Part shown: one piece after another, positions 1 to 11,700 of the stretch | Position numbering within the stretch: position 1 is the first letter of the stretch | Layout: every line of letters starts with the position of its first letter | Assembly: GCA_050951325.1 (NCBI GenBank) | Contig: JBMNIW010000008.1 | Span: forward strand, 32,001-96,000 | Direction of reading: 5' to 3' | DNA length: 64,000 nucleotides | From: Clostridia bacterium | GTDB lineage: Bacteria; Bacillota; Clostridia; UBA1212; DUPL01 | The notes under the pieces: model-generated | What the model was told of the DNA's origin: nothing | Database searches by the model: none | What the model saw: the letters and a program-made list of their open reading frames with translations, nothing else | Program-made: the position numbers and the translations under genes

Positions 1-739
1 AAACCCTTGCATTGTTAACGGTTCCGAGCTCCGTACCGTTCTTGTCCTTTACAACGACTTTCTTGTAATAGGTCTCTTCTCCCACTGGATATGTACCTGC
101 GTCGGACATCTCAACTATGAATGCCAGTTCATCACTTGCATACACTTTTACAGTCTGACCGTCGTCTACAAATTTCAAGGTCTCAAAACCTTTTGAGAAA
201 TCTGCGCCAACTGTTGCCTCATACCTTACGTTCCCAATCTTGTACTCCTTGGATTCATCGTATGTTTTTACAACAAGACTCAACTTGTTTCCATTGTTGG
301 GCAATACAAGAAGTCCACTGCCTCCAACGGATGGAAATCCTGAGTTGCCATCGCCATCCCATTCATATCCTGTGCTCTTTCCAAACATGACATCAAATCT
401 TTCACTGCCAGCGCGTACAAAGAACGCTGAAACGTTGAACTTAGCATCAGGATTGTATACATCAACTTCGTATACATACGGTTCGGTAAGCTTTTTCGTG
501 TATTCTGCATGGTAATATGCATCAATCGCAAAATATTTGTTGCCGCCCTCTTCCCTGATAAAGGATCCGGTTGGTGTTGCTCTAATTAATGACCAGTCTG
601 GCAAGAGGTCGTCCTTAATCTCGGTTCCTGCCTCATAGCTCTCAAAATTCTGCGAGTAGCTATCTACAGCTGCAAAAGATGAGATTGTAAGAGCTAAACA
701 CATTAATGAAAGTACCAATAAAAGTCCTAATTTTTTCAT
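1..739 (-). CDS. Secreted hypothetical protein (partial; runs off window start)
   Basis: Not in ORF track. GGAGG RBS, ATG at 739, signal peptide MKKLGLLLVLSLMCLALTISSFA; frame stays open to position 1; beta-rich composition. Confidence 0.85.
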   Translation of the reverse strand, partial: MKKLGLLLVLSLMCLALTISSFAAVDSYSQNFESYEAGTEIKDDLLPDWSLIRATPTGSFIREEGGNKYFAIDAYYHAEYTKKLTEPYVYEVDVYNPDAKFNVSAFFVRAGSERFDVMFGKSTGYEWDGDGNSGFPSVGGSGLLVLPNNGNKLSLVVKTYDESKEYKIGNVRYEATVGADFSKGFETLKFVDDGQTVKVYASDELAFIVEMSDAGTYPVGEETYYKKVVVKDKNGTELGTVNNARV

Positions 740-783
740 GATAAACCTCCTTTAGAGTAATAATCTATGCCAAGGCAGCATAT

Positions 784-1749
784 TTATGCCCACCACATGG
801 CACCAGGTTTTTCAAATACCAACACTTCTTTAAGGAAGGATATGGCCTTCCTAAGACCTTCCTGAGGAGACATAAGGCTGTCCTCATGCTCTATACTTAT
901 AACATCGTCATAACCTACTGTCTTAAGCATGCTTATCATGTCTTTCCACAATTTATAGTCGTTTCCATAACCCATGGTTCTGAATACCCATGCACGGTTT
1001 AACACATCTCCATAGTGCTTGGTGTCAAGTACTCCGTTTTTCTTGACATTTGCCTCATCTATTCTGACATCCTTGCCATGAACATGGTAAATAGCATCTC
1101 CAAGCTCCCTTATAGCCTCTACAGGGTCCATTCCCTGCCAAATCAGATGGCTTGGGTCAAAGTTTGCACCAATAACTTCTCCCACTTCAGCTCTCAGACG
1201 AAGAAGGGTCTCTGGATTGTACACGCAGAATCCCGGATGCATCTCAAAGCAAATCTTTGTCACACCATGTTCAAGAGCAAACTTTCCTGTCTCCTTCCAG
1301 TATGGAACAAGCACCTCATTCCACTGATAATCCAGAATCTTTAAGAAATCCTCCGGCCAGGGACACGTTACCCAGTTTGGATATTTTGAATCAGGGCTGT
1401 CTCCAGGACATCCTGAAAACGCAATAATCTTTTCTACTCCAAGTTTTTCAGCCAGCAGTATGGCGTTGATAAAGTCATCATGGTACTGCTTTGCAATTTC
1501 CTTGTCTGGATGCACCGGGTTTCCGTGGCATGCCAAGGCAGAAATTTCAAGTCCATTGCTGTAAATTGCGTCCTTGAACTCTTCAAGAGCCTTTTCATCC
1601 TTCAAAAGTTCCTCAGGATTGCAATGAGCTTTACCTGGAAAACCGCCGCAACCTATCTCCACGGACTGTACGCCTTCCTTTGCCAGGAATGCCATTGCGT
1701 CCCTTACGCTCATGTCAGACAACAATACTGTAAGTACTCCTAACTTCAT
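784..1749 (-). CDS. Sugar phosphate isomerase/epimerase (xylose isomerase-like TIM barrel)
   Basis: 321 aa; motifs CFEMHPG, NFDPSHL, HVHGKD, SIEHED; GGAGG RBS. Confidence 0.85.
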   Translation of the reverse strand: MKLGVLTVLLSDMSVRDAMAFLAKEGVQSVEIGCGGFPGKAHCNPEELLKDEKALEEFKDAIYSNGLEISALACHGNPVHPDKEIAKQYHDDFINAILLAEKLGVEKIIAFSGCPGDSPDSKYPNWVTCPWPEDFLKILDYQWNEVLVPYWKETGKFALEHGVTKICFEMHPGFCVYNPETLLRLRAEVGEVIGANFDPSHLIWQGMDPVEAIRELGDAIYHVHGKDVRIDEANVKKNGVLDTKHYGDVLNRAWVFRTMGYGNDYKLWKDMISMLKTVGYDDVISIEHEDSLMSPQEGLRKAISFLKEVLVFEKPGAMWWA

Positions 1750-1777
1750 AGCATAATCCTCCTCATGAATTTTACAT

Positions 1778-2891
1778 TTATTTCTTATTATTGAACTCCA
1801 TTGTCAGATATGCATTAATAAACCCATCAATCTCTCCATCCATAACCTTTTCCACACTTCCCTCTTCATAATTGCTTCTATGGTCTTTAACCAAAGTATA
1901 TGGACAGAATACATATGACCTAATTTGATTTCCCCAGGCAATTTCAGTCTGCACACCCTTAAGGTCCGCTATTTTCTCAACATTCTCTCTTAACTTCAGC
2001 TCATAAAGCTTTGATCTTAACATGCGCATGGCAGTCTCTCTGTTCTGCATCTGGGATCTTTCCGTCTGACAGCTTACTATGATGCCCGTTGGTTTGTGAA
2101 CAAGCCTTACTGCAGAGTCAGTCTTGTTAACATGCTGTCCGCCCGCCCCACTGGATCTGAAAGTGCTCATTTCCACGTCTTCAGGCCTTATGTCTATATC
2201 AATGCTGTCGTCAATCTCAGGTATGACTTCAACGGATGCAAAAGATGTATGGCGTCTTCCTGCCGCATCAAAAGGACTAATCCTAACGAGTCTATGAACT
2301 CCATGCTCACTCTTCAAATATCCGTATGCATTGGTTCCTTTAATGTTAAGCACACAGCTCTTTATTCCAGCACCATCTCCGTCCAGGTAATCCGTTACCG
2401 TAACTTCATATCCTTTTTTCTGAGCCCATCTGGAATACATGCGCATCAGCATCGAAGCCCAATCCTGTGCCTCTGTTCCTCCCGCACCTGCATGCAGTGT
2501 CAATATCGCATTGTTTTCGTCATATTGGCCTGTAAAAAAGGTTTCCATCCTGAGAGACACAAGCTCATCATCAAGTTGTTTCAAGCCTTTTTCTATATCT
2601 GATGCAAGATCCGCTTCTCCTGACTCATCACTAAGTACCAGCATAAGCTCCACTTCTTCCACCATCTCTTCAAGTCGGGAAAACTTCCCCACCTTGTCCT
2701 TCAGACCTTTAAGTTTTTTTAGTACATTCTGTGAATTCTCAGGGTCTCCCCAGAAATTGGGTTCCTGTGTTTTTAACTCCAACTCTTCTATCTCAGACTT
2801 TATACTGCCTGTGTCAAAGTGAATCCCTCAATTCATTGAGTTTTTCCTTGATATTCTCAAGTACCTGATAGTACTCATCTGTCACAATCAT
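1778..2891 (-). CDS. prfB: Peptide chain release factor 2 (programmed +1 frameshift)
   Basis: GGQ and SPF motifs; short first frame from ATG 2891 (MIVTDEYYQVLENIKEKLNELRDSL) ends in CTT-TGA-C. Confidence 0.97.
2813..2828 (-). promoter_or_regulatory. prfB +1 frameshift site (internal SD-like AGGG + CTTTGAC)
   Basis: Minus strand reads GAGGGATTCA CTT TGA C, the canonical RF2 autoregulatory signal. Confidence 0.93.
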
Positions 2892-2928
2892 TTTAACAAC
2901 TCCTCATATTTAATGTTTTTATAATATT

Positions 2929-5073
2929 TTACCCAAATGGTAACATAAATTCAATACTTTTTGAAGTTAGATCAACCCTGTAAACAATTACGTCCTTTAA
3001 TTTTTGACCAATCCTGAATACCTTTCCTGCGTGCTCTCCATATGCAGTCATTGTTTCAGGATCAAAATAGTAGTAATCATTAAGGGACGCAAACCTTACT
3101 AGCCCCTCAACAGTGTTCTGAAGTTCCACAAACATGCCAAAACTCGTAATGTTGCTGATGATTCCAGTAAATTTTTTGCCCTCAAATTGCTTCATGTATT
3201 CGCAAACCTTTAAATCCACGCATTCCCTTTCAGCTTCTTGAGCTGCCCTCTCGCGATCAGACAAATGCTTTGCATACTCACCTGCAAATTTGGCATACCG
3301 CTCTTCAAGCTTGTGGTTCATGCCGCCATGCAGCATATGCTTGATTATCCTGTGTATAAACAAGTCGGGATACCGTCTAATAGGGGCGGTAAAATGTGAA
3401 TAATATTTAAGTGCAAGTCCAAAGTGTCCGTCATTGGTTGATCTGTATGCCGCCTTCTGCATGGACCTTAATGTCATTGTTCCAATTATCCTCTCTTCAG
3501 GTTTGTCCTTTATTGAGTCAAGAAGGCTTTGTATGCTCTTTGGATGAATCTTTGATGTGTTCTTGAACTTGTACCCAAGATTGGTCACAATCTTTGACAG
3601 CATAATCATCTTTTCGTCCTCAGGTTCGTCATGCACCCTGTATATAAAGGGCACATTGTACCAGTAAAACCTCTCAGCAACCGTCTCATTGCAAAGAAGC
3701 ATGAACTCCTCGATTATGTTGTTTGCAAAGGTTGTCCTATATGCCGACACGGAAATTGGCCTTCCTTCATCATCCAACTCAACTTTGGTTTCCGGCAGAT
3801 TAAAATCAATTGCTCCGCGTCTTCGTCTTCTTTCATTCAATATATATGCAAGGTTCTTCATAAGAGTCAGCTGACTCAGATAATCTCCAAACTCTTTCAA
3901 AATCGCAAAATCAGGCTTTTCAAATATCCTGTACAACTGGTCATAGGTAATGGAATAATCCACATTGAGTATGCTTTCGAAAATCTCATGGTCCACCACA
4001 TTGCCCATTTCGTCCACTTCCATCACAACGGACAAAGCAAGCCTGTCGCAGTTTTTATTCAAACTGCATATGCCGTTTGACAACTCTTTGGGCAGCATTG
4101 GAACAACCCTTCCCACAGGATAAACGCTTGTTCCCCTTTTATAGGCTTCCCTGTCTATAGCGGATCCTTCCTTAACATAGTGGGCTACATCCGCTATATG
4201 GACCCCCAACATATAATTGCCGTTATCCAAAATTTCAATGGTTATGGCGTCATCCACATCCTTGGTGTCTTCAGAGTCAATAGTGACTGTTAAAAGCCCC
4301 CTTATATCCTTCCTGCCTTTCTTAAGTTCAGACTGTATTGTTTCTTCATCCAATTCCTGAGGCAGCATGGAAGCTTCCTTCATTACATCATCCGGAAACT
4401 CCTCCACAAAGCCGTGGAGACTCAAAATCGTGGTAATACCAGTGTTCGGATCTGAAATATTGCCGACAACTTCTACTATTCTGCAAACCCCTGGCTCAGG
4501 AAACTCTCCCTTTTCAAGGGCTTCACATATGACACTGAGTCCTTCATCCAAGGAATCCGCATTCCCTTCAATATACCAATATTCGTCATCAGCCAAAACC
4601 ATTAGCCCATGACGGATTGGATTCCATTTTACAACTCCCGAGAAGGTTCTGGAGCCCTTGACAAGTACACTCTTGACAACGCCTTCCTTTTTCTCACCCG
4701 GAAACGCAGGCTTTTTGGGATTCTTGATGGAGACTACCACTTTATCTCCTGTCATGGCGCCATTTACATCCTTGGAATTGACGTATATGCTTTCGCTCCA
4801 GCTAGCCTTGTCCTCGGGTATGACAAAAGCATATCCTCTCCTGTTTACTTCTATTTTACCAACAACGTAATTGAAACTGGCAGGGTCCCCCAGCTTGTTG
4901 CCTTGTCTGACCAACACCATTTCATCAGTTAGTTTTGTTGCCACCTCGTTAAAGACCGCAATCTCTGATTCGGTCAATTCAAGCATTTCATATACTTTAC
5001 TCACACTGATTTTGCCATGAAGTTTTGTAGCCAAATCTCTCAGCTTTATTTCCAGGGTTTCATATGGAGTCAT
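2929..5073 (-). CDS. rnr: Ribonuclease R
   Basis: RNB catalytic motif TIDSEDTKDVDDA, HFTAPIRRYPDL, C-terminal S1 domain; follows secG. Confidence 0.93.
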   Translation of the reverse strand: MTPYETLEIKLRDLATKLHGKISVSKVYEMLELTESEIAVFNEVATKLTDEMVLVRQGNKLGDPASFNYVVGKIEVNRRGYAFVIPEDKASWSESIYVNSKDVNGAMTGDKVVVSIKNPKKPAFPGEKKEGVVKSVLVKGSRTFSGVVKWNPIRHGLMVLADDEYWYIEGNADSLDEGLSVICEALEKGEFPEPGVCRIVEVVGNISDPNTGITTILSLHGFVEEFPDDVMKEASMLPQELDEETIQSELKKGRKDIRGLLTVTIDSEDTKDVDDAITIEILDNGNYMLGVHIADVAHYVKEGSAIDREAYKRGTSVYPVGRVVPMLPKELSNGICSLNKNCDRLALSVVMEVDEMGNVVDHEIFESILNVDYSITYDQLYRIFEKPDFAILKEFGDYLSQLTLMKNLAYILNERRRRRGAIDFNLPETKVELDDEGRPISVSAYRTTFANNIIEEFMLLCNETVAERFYWYNVPFIYRVHDEPEDEKMIMLSKIVTNLGYKFKNTSKIHPKSIQSLLDSIKDKPEERIIGTMTLRSMQKAAYRSTNDGHFGLALKYYSHFTAPIRRYPDLFIHRIIKHMLHGGMNHKLEERYAKFAGEYAKHLSDRERAAQEAERECVDLKVCEYMKQFEGKKFTGIISNITSFGMFVELQNTVEGLVRFASLNDYYYFDPETMTAYGEHAGKVFRIGQKLKDVIVYRVDLTSKSIEFMLPFG

Positions 5074-5097
5074 AAGTCACCAACTTCCATAAATATT

Positions 5098-5128
5098 AAA
5101 AAAGCCGTGTTTCGGAGCACACGGCTTG
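5098..5128 (-). terminator. Intrinsic terminator after secG
   Basis: AAGCCGTGT/ACACGGCTT stem followed by a T-run on the minus strand. Confidence 0.75.
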
Positions 5129-5137
5129 ATTTGTCAT

Positions 5138-5392
5138 CTACATCTGCGAGAACAATCTAAGCAAAGCTCCTAAAACCACAGCCATAATTGCAAAGAACAC
5201 CGCACCTGTTACTGTATATCTGGTGAGTCTTGCCTCTTTTGTAGAACCTCTATTTTTTCCAAAGAAGGATTCACTCTCACCTGTTACTACCGATATGCCT
5301 TGCTGCTTAGGCTCCTGCATCAGAATTATTATACTGACAACCACGCATACCACGAGGTAAAGAATTCCCAATATAGTTATTAAAGCAGTCAA
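5138..5392 (-). CDS. secG: Preprotein translocase subunit SecG
   Basis: 84 aa, two TM helices, ILMQ..K..G..FFG motif; upstream of rnr. Confidence 0.92.
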   Translation of the reverse strand: MTALITILGILYLVVCVVVSIIILMQEPKQQGISVVTGESESFFGKNRGSTKEARLTRYTVTGAVFFAIMAVVLGALLRLFSQM

Positions 5393-5477
5393 CTTTCACA
5401 CCTCCAAAACAAATAACTTAAGAAAAGTCAATCACGTTGATTATATCACACAGTTAAAATAAGTACAACAAAAATCA

Positions 5478-6338
5478 TTATCCGCCTATAGTTTTACCAG
5501 CTTTTAATTTTCTATACTTTCTTACTATCCAGACTACACTTAAAATTAGAACCGTACCAAGAAGAAAAATAAGGTAAAAACGTTGAAAAAAAGTATATAT
5601 TTTGTAGTCCCTCTCCAGTTTCGGATCAAGTTCAACTATAAAATGGGTGTTTGCAGCTTTTTCCACAACCTCCGCATCATGATACAATAGAGCTTTGTCA
5701 ATATTTGACTCATACTGCAAAACCGCTTCCGTCTCGCCTTCTTTTGGTTCCCTGAAATAAAAAATCCTTAATCTCGAAAAATCAAGTTCAGTCTCAAAAG
5801 CCTTCTTTGCGTATTCAGCGGCCAGCTCCTTGTACTTGTCAAAACCAAGGCTCTGTCCTGCAACTTCCAGAAGAACCACATACTTTCCCTTGGTTCCCTC
5901 AAGTGCATCCTCAGCACTTTGATATACGCCTTTTTCAATATCATAAATATATTCTGCGCTTTTTAGAGGAATTTCATCCTTGAGAAGATTCTCGATATGT
6001 CCGGACAACTCCTTTATCAACTCATTGTCCCTCAGAAAATTGTCGAAATAGCCGTCTTCATACACACCAAGACCCTTGGCAGTTATTCTGAAAGTACCTT
6101 CTTCGAACTCACACTCGTAAACGTATTTGTCAATCTTCTTGTCGTAATATGTATTTGTAATACTGTAATCCAAATCCGGATAGCTGTCTTTCAAATATTT
6201 TTGCACGGAGAATCTATTCAGTAAAGAGCCTGGGAAAACCCCAAGGCTCTCACAGAATATTGACACAACAAGTATTGCGATAATTACTACAAAGGCTGTA
6301 AACAGCCAGAGTTTTATTCTCGTTTTCCTATCCACCAT
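5478..6338 (-). CDS. Hypothetical membrane protein (N- and C-terminal TM helices)
   Basis: 286-aa ORF with hydrophobic termini; overlaps the end of the tpi frame. Confidence 0.75.
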   Translation of the reverse strand: MVDRKTRIKLWLFTAFVVIIAILVVSIFCESLGVFPGSLLNRFSVQKYLKDSYPDLDYSITNTYYDKKIDKYVYECEFEEGTFRITAKGLGVYEDGYFDNFLRDNELIKELSGHIENLLKDEIPLKSAEYIYDIEKGVYQSAEDALEGTKGKYVVLLEVAGQSLGFDKYKELAAEYAKKAFETELDFSRLRIFYFREPKEGETEAVLQYESNIDKALLYHDAEVVEKAANTHFIVELDPKLERDYKIYTFFQRFYLIFLLGTVLILSVVWIVRKYRKLKAGKTIGG

Positions 6339-8290
6339 AGCAGAAATCTACATAATTTGCAATATCCGCAAACTCATCAATCTTCAGACTTGCGCCGCCC
6401 ACCAAACCACCGTCAATATTGGGCATGCTGAAGAGGGATGCAAAATTGCCACCGTTTACGCTTCCTCCGTAAAGTATGCGAACCTCATCTGCAGTCTCTT
6501 CGTCATAAAGCTCAGCAAGAGTCTTTCTGATTTCAGCGCATACCTCTTCCGCCTGCTCGTCGGTAGCAGTTCTGCCTGTACCAATAGCCCAGATTGGCTC
6601 GTATGCAATTATTACATTCTTCATCTGAGCTTTCGTCAACACCGTTCAGGGCAATCTTAACCTGGTACTTTACAAACTCCGTTGTAACTCCTTCATCTCT
6701 CTGCAGAAGCGACTCGCCAACGCAAACTATTGGCACAAGACCGTAGCCAAGAGCTGCCTTTACCTTCGCATTTACTGTCTCATCAGTTTCATTGAAGTAC
6801 TGTCTTCTCTCAGAGTGTCCGATTATTACGTGAGTAACCCCAAGATTTACAAGCATCTCACCGGAGACCTCACCTGTATATGCACCGGATTCTGCATAAT
6901 GCATGTTCTGGGCTGCAATCTTTATCTTGCTGCCTTCAATGCAGTTCATTGCATGAGGAATGCATACAAAAGGTGGAGCAATAATCACTTCAGTGTCAGT
7001 CTCCTTCAGTTTGCCCTTGAGCTCCATGATGAACTTGCTGGTTTCAGCAGGTGTCTTGTTCATCTTCCAGTTGCCTGCAGCAACCTTCCTGCGGCAGTTC
7101 TTGTCCATAAGGCACGCAATGCCAGGAAGCTCCTTGCCTTCGAGGAATTCAAGAGAAGCTCCTCCGCCTGTGGAGATATGAGTTATTCTGTCGGCAAAAC
7201 CAAGCTGTTCAATAGCAGCTGCGGAATCTCCGCCACCAACTATGGATATGGCACCGGATTCAGCAACAGCTTGGGCAATTCTTCTTGTACCCTCTGCAAA
7301 GTTCGGGAACTCAAATACTCCCATAGGTCCGTTCCAAACTATAGTCTTTGCCTTTGCAATGTACTTTTCATAAAGCTCTATGGTTAGATTTCCAATATCC
7401 ATTCCGGACCATCCGTCAGGCATGTCATCGGATGGAACATACATTCTATCAGATTCATTGGAGAATTCTTTTGCAACAATGCTGCCAATAGGAAGCAACA
7501 ATTCAACACCTTTTTCCTCCGCCTTCTGCATGAGCTGCCTTGCCAGGTCAAGCTTGTCATCCTCACAAATGGAATCCCCTATCTTGTAGCCTTTGGCCTT
7601 GAGGAATGTGTAGGCCATACCTCCACCAATAATGAGCACATCCACCTTGTCAAGCAGGTTGTTTATAACCTCTATCTTGTCGGAAACCTTTGCGCCACCA
7701 AGTATTGCAACAAAAGGTCTTTCTGGATTTGAAAGAGCCTTGCCCATTATCTCAATTTCCTTCTGAATAAGGAAACCTGAAACCGCAGGCAGATAATTTG
7801 CAATTCCTGCAGTGGAAGCATGCGCCCTGTGTGCTGTTCCAAAAGCATCATTTACAAAAATGTCTGCAAGACTTGCAAGCTCTTTTGCAAACTCAGGATC
7901 GTTGGCTTCCTCTTCCTTGTGGAACCTGACGTTTTCAAGCATAAGAATTTGTCCTTCTTTCAAATTCTTTGCCTTTTCCTTGCTGTCAGGACCTATTACA
8001 TCCGAAGACTGTATAATCTCCATATTCAACAACTTGCCAAGATGCTTGGAGCATGGAGCCATTGAATACTTCATGTTGAATTGTCCCTTGGGTCTGCCCA
8101 GGTGGGACATAAGTATTACCTTGGCTTTCTTGTCCAACAAATATTTTATTGTAGGCAAAGCCGCTACTATTCTTTTGTCGTCTGATATGTTTCCTTCTGT
8201 ATCAAAGGGTACGTTGAAGTCAACCCTTACTATGACTCTTTTGCCGGTTACATTTATATCTGTAACGTTTTTCTTGTTGTAATAGCTCAT
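6328..8290 (-). CDS. pgk-tpiA: Bifunctional phosphoglycerate kinase/triosephosphate isomerase fusion, with an apparent +1 frameshift near 6640
   Basis: PGK motifs ([16 protein letters not shown]) in frame with TPI ([15 protein letters not shown]); catalytic [11 protein letters not shown] and LVGGASL lie in the shifted frame 6328-6642. Confidence 0.9.
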
Positions 8291-8380
8291 ATATCAGCCA
8301 CTCTCCTTAAATTCTGTATATCTAAAATCTAGTCAAAAGACCCAAATTCTATTTTATACCTAATATCCAAAAATATCAAC

Positions 8381-8770
8381 CTAATGTAAAGAAAATAACA
8401 TGCCAAGAAGAAGAAAAGGAACAAAAGGCAGTTCTTCCCCCCTTGCTTTCCCCTTGTAGTATGCCAATCCAGACAAAAACGCCAGCATGCAGGCCATAAA
8501 CAAACCTTTGGCAGCTGTTGACGCATCAAACATAAGGAAAGCACACATAATGCACACAACATCCGCCTTGCCCACCGCTTTCTTGAGTATGGTACAAACA
8601 AATACAACTGTGCCACACATCATAAACGACAATAAGTCTGGCATTCCTATAACCAACACTCTTAAAAGCGAAACTACAATTAACAAGAGCAGTGCGGCAA
8701 TAGGTATTTTTCTTGTTTTAATGTCAAAATATGCACAAACAGTCAAAACACATAAGAAAAGTACTATCAA
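8381..8770 (-). CDS. Prepilin peptidase-like (A24) membrane protein
   Basis: FDIKTRKIP, G.ADV, ELPFVPFL motifs; hydrophobic. Confidence 0.7.
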   Translation of the reverse strand: MIVLFLCVLTVCAYFDIKTRKIPIAALLLLIVVSLLRVLVIGMPDLLSFMMCGTVVFVCTILKKAVGKADVVCIMCAFLMFDASTAAKGLFMACMLAFLSGLAYYKGKARGEELPFVPFLLLGMLFSLH

Positions 8771-11700
8771 TCGTCGCTGCCCATCTGCGTATAGGCCTCA
8801 TCAACGTCATATTGGGGCTGTTTTCTAAAATTCTCAGGCTTGGATGTATCAATTCCGCATACGGTTATATACTCACAATAATCACAAACCTTGAAGTTCT
8901 TGTTCGGAAAATCAACAGGAATTATGGAGATGTCTCCTTCGGCCATTCTTTCGTAAGTATTTTTAACAGTCTTGTGAAGCTGTTTCCTCAAAAGATCGAA
9001 TCCGTTCCTGGGAACGGCTCCCCCTTTCAGAGTAACCGACCATCCTTCCTTTTTCCGTCTTATACTCATGGTCTTTGCATCCTCTTCATCGGAAACAATA
9101 CAATCAAGAACTTCCGGATCATCAATAATATATCCCTTCAGTCTCAGTTCCTCTTCCCTGGACACTTCACTTCTGTTTGAAGCACTCTTTACATCCGGAC
9201 CTAGTGTGAAGTACAGGCAGGCAACAGGAACAACCGCTTTTTCGCTTTTGCTGCCGATGCCTTCCACCAAGGCGTCCATGTAAGCAACCAGTTGTATGCT
9301 CTGACCATTAATCAAATCCTGGGGGGATACATTAAGGTCAGATGACTTGTAATCTATTACCCTTAAATAAATTGCATCCTCCGTCTCACAGACATCGTAC
9401 CGGTCAATCCTTCCTGTTATCTGGACGTATCTTCCATCATCCAGCCTGACACGTACTGGAGGCAACTCTCCATCAGGACCAAACGCCACTTCAAATCCGG
9501 CTGGCTGGAAAACCCCTCCATGTATCTGCCATAAGGCTTTTCTGAATGCCTTTTTTGCATATCTTAAAAGCCTGTTTGCAATATACTTTTTCCTCTCGCT
9601 GTCGTAAAAACTCCTTATACCCACTTCCTCCAGTGACTCAGCAAACACATCATCCATAAGTTTGTCACTATCATCAACAGGAAGATTAATTGCTTTTTTA
9701 GAAGCCTTGTCAATCAATGTATGCAAAAAGGTACCCACATCCGTATTCTCGACAACTGCTTCCTTTCTTTTCTCAGCCTTTATGCCGTAGCTCATGAAGA
9801 ATGAATACGGACATCTGTTGTACTTCTCAATTCTTGATGCGGACATGTAAAGGTTTTTGGCAAACAACTCATCCATTATGTCTTTTGGCAGATACAAGTC
9901 TCTTCTGAAAGATGTATCAGCTTTCAAAATTCTTTCAAATTCATGTTTGTACTCAGCACTATCCCGATACCATTTTCTGATACATTTGATTGTCTCGTCC
10001 TCTACATCTCTCAAAAGTCCTGCATTCTCTGTCAAAAACGGAAGAGGCAAAGTAAGTCTTTCCATTACTCCCTCGTTGTAATCCTTAACAACCTTCAAAG
10101 ACGGGAAGATGTTCTGTATCCTCTGAACAATTACCGACGGTCTCATAGGATTCAGTCCGTGGTCTTCCAATGCGTAACTAATTATCATATGCTCGGAGGG
10201 AGATGACAAGACCGTGTAAATAAGGTAATACTCCATATTTGCCTTTGTCCTGTTGTCCTCTGCAAGAGCGATTCCCTTGTTCTTCAAATACGCTCTGTCG
10301 TCGTCCTTCAAAAGACCTTCATCCACAAAGGTTGCGGGAAAAACTCCCTCGTTTGCGCCCAGCAGTATCATTCCTTTAACATCATGGCTTCTTGTTCTGT
10401 CCGCAACACCAATTTGGACACTGTCTTCAGTAAACGGAATAAAACCAATCTTGTACTCGGAAAACCCCAATAAAAGCGTTTCCTTGAAAAGCTTTACCTT
10501 ATCCTTCAACGAACCTGTCAACCTTATGTCACCCATGAACACGTAAATCTGCTCTACAACTTCCATGGTTATGTTCCAGATTCTTGCATATTCATTTGCC
10601 ATAACAGGCATGTTGGATTCCTTGAACTTCAATGACATGTTCTGCATTTTTCCCTGGACGTCAAGTTTGGAGAAGAACGAAACAAGAATTTTGCAGCACT
10701 CTTTCATTGTGCGGCATTTTTTCAACTCTTCCTCGAACGAGGTTACATCGCTATACAACTTTGCTCGAAGCACTTCAACTTCTTCAAACTCATCAATACT
10801 TGAACCAAAATCCTTTTTGCCTCTTAGCCCATGGGCAAGCGCAATATTCTCAAACCTGTCAACCGCACAAATTTCTTCCGTATACAGGCCAGTTTTCAGA
10901 AAATCGAGCACGCTAGTCCTCTCCCAGGAACTTCCCACAATATCAAGCAATGTCAGAATGAATCTAATTAGTGGATGATCTTCTATGTTCTTTTTGGAGT
11001 CAATGAAGTATGGAATATTGTACTTTGGAAACACAATCTTTATAACCTTCTCGTACAAATCAATACTTCTTGCAGTTACTGCAATATCCTTGTATCTTAA
11101 ACCTTCCTCCCTCAAAAGCCTCACAATTTCTCTTGCACTGCGATCCACTTCTTCATATATGCTTCTGCATTCAACAATTTTTATGTTTTTGGGTATGTCC
11201 TGCACCCTCTTTGCAGGATATTTGCCAAAGTTCCTTTCAAGATGGGCAATATATTTGTTAGTAAAGCGATGACTTTCTTTCAAGTATGTAATGTTTATCC
11301 TTGCATCGACATCCTTTGCCACCCTTAGCAGCTGTTCATACGTTCTGTACACCCTGTCGAATATGTACTCGTCTTCCTCATCCATGCAAAGACACACATT
11401 TACATCCCTGCACTGCCTGACCAGCTCCTTCAATATATCAAACTCATAGGATGTAAAACCTGCAAACCCATCAAGCCATATTACAGCATCCTTGAAAGGT
11501 CTGTGTTCTGCAAGCTTTTCCAAAAACGCACTGTAAATATCCTGGTCCTCTATATTGTCTTCCAAAAGAAGATTCCTGTACTCACTGTAAATTAGGGACA
11601 AATCGGAAAGCTTGCTTTTCAACAAATCATCTTCAAGCTCCAATGTCGCCTCCTCAAGCATGCCGGGAGTGACTTCATATCTGCCAAACTCATCAATCAG

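Noticed and set aside
2813-2819. prfB frameshift as novelty or sequencing error
   Set aside because: Well-known programmed RF2 frameshift
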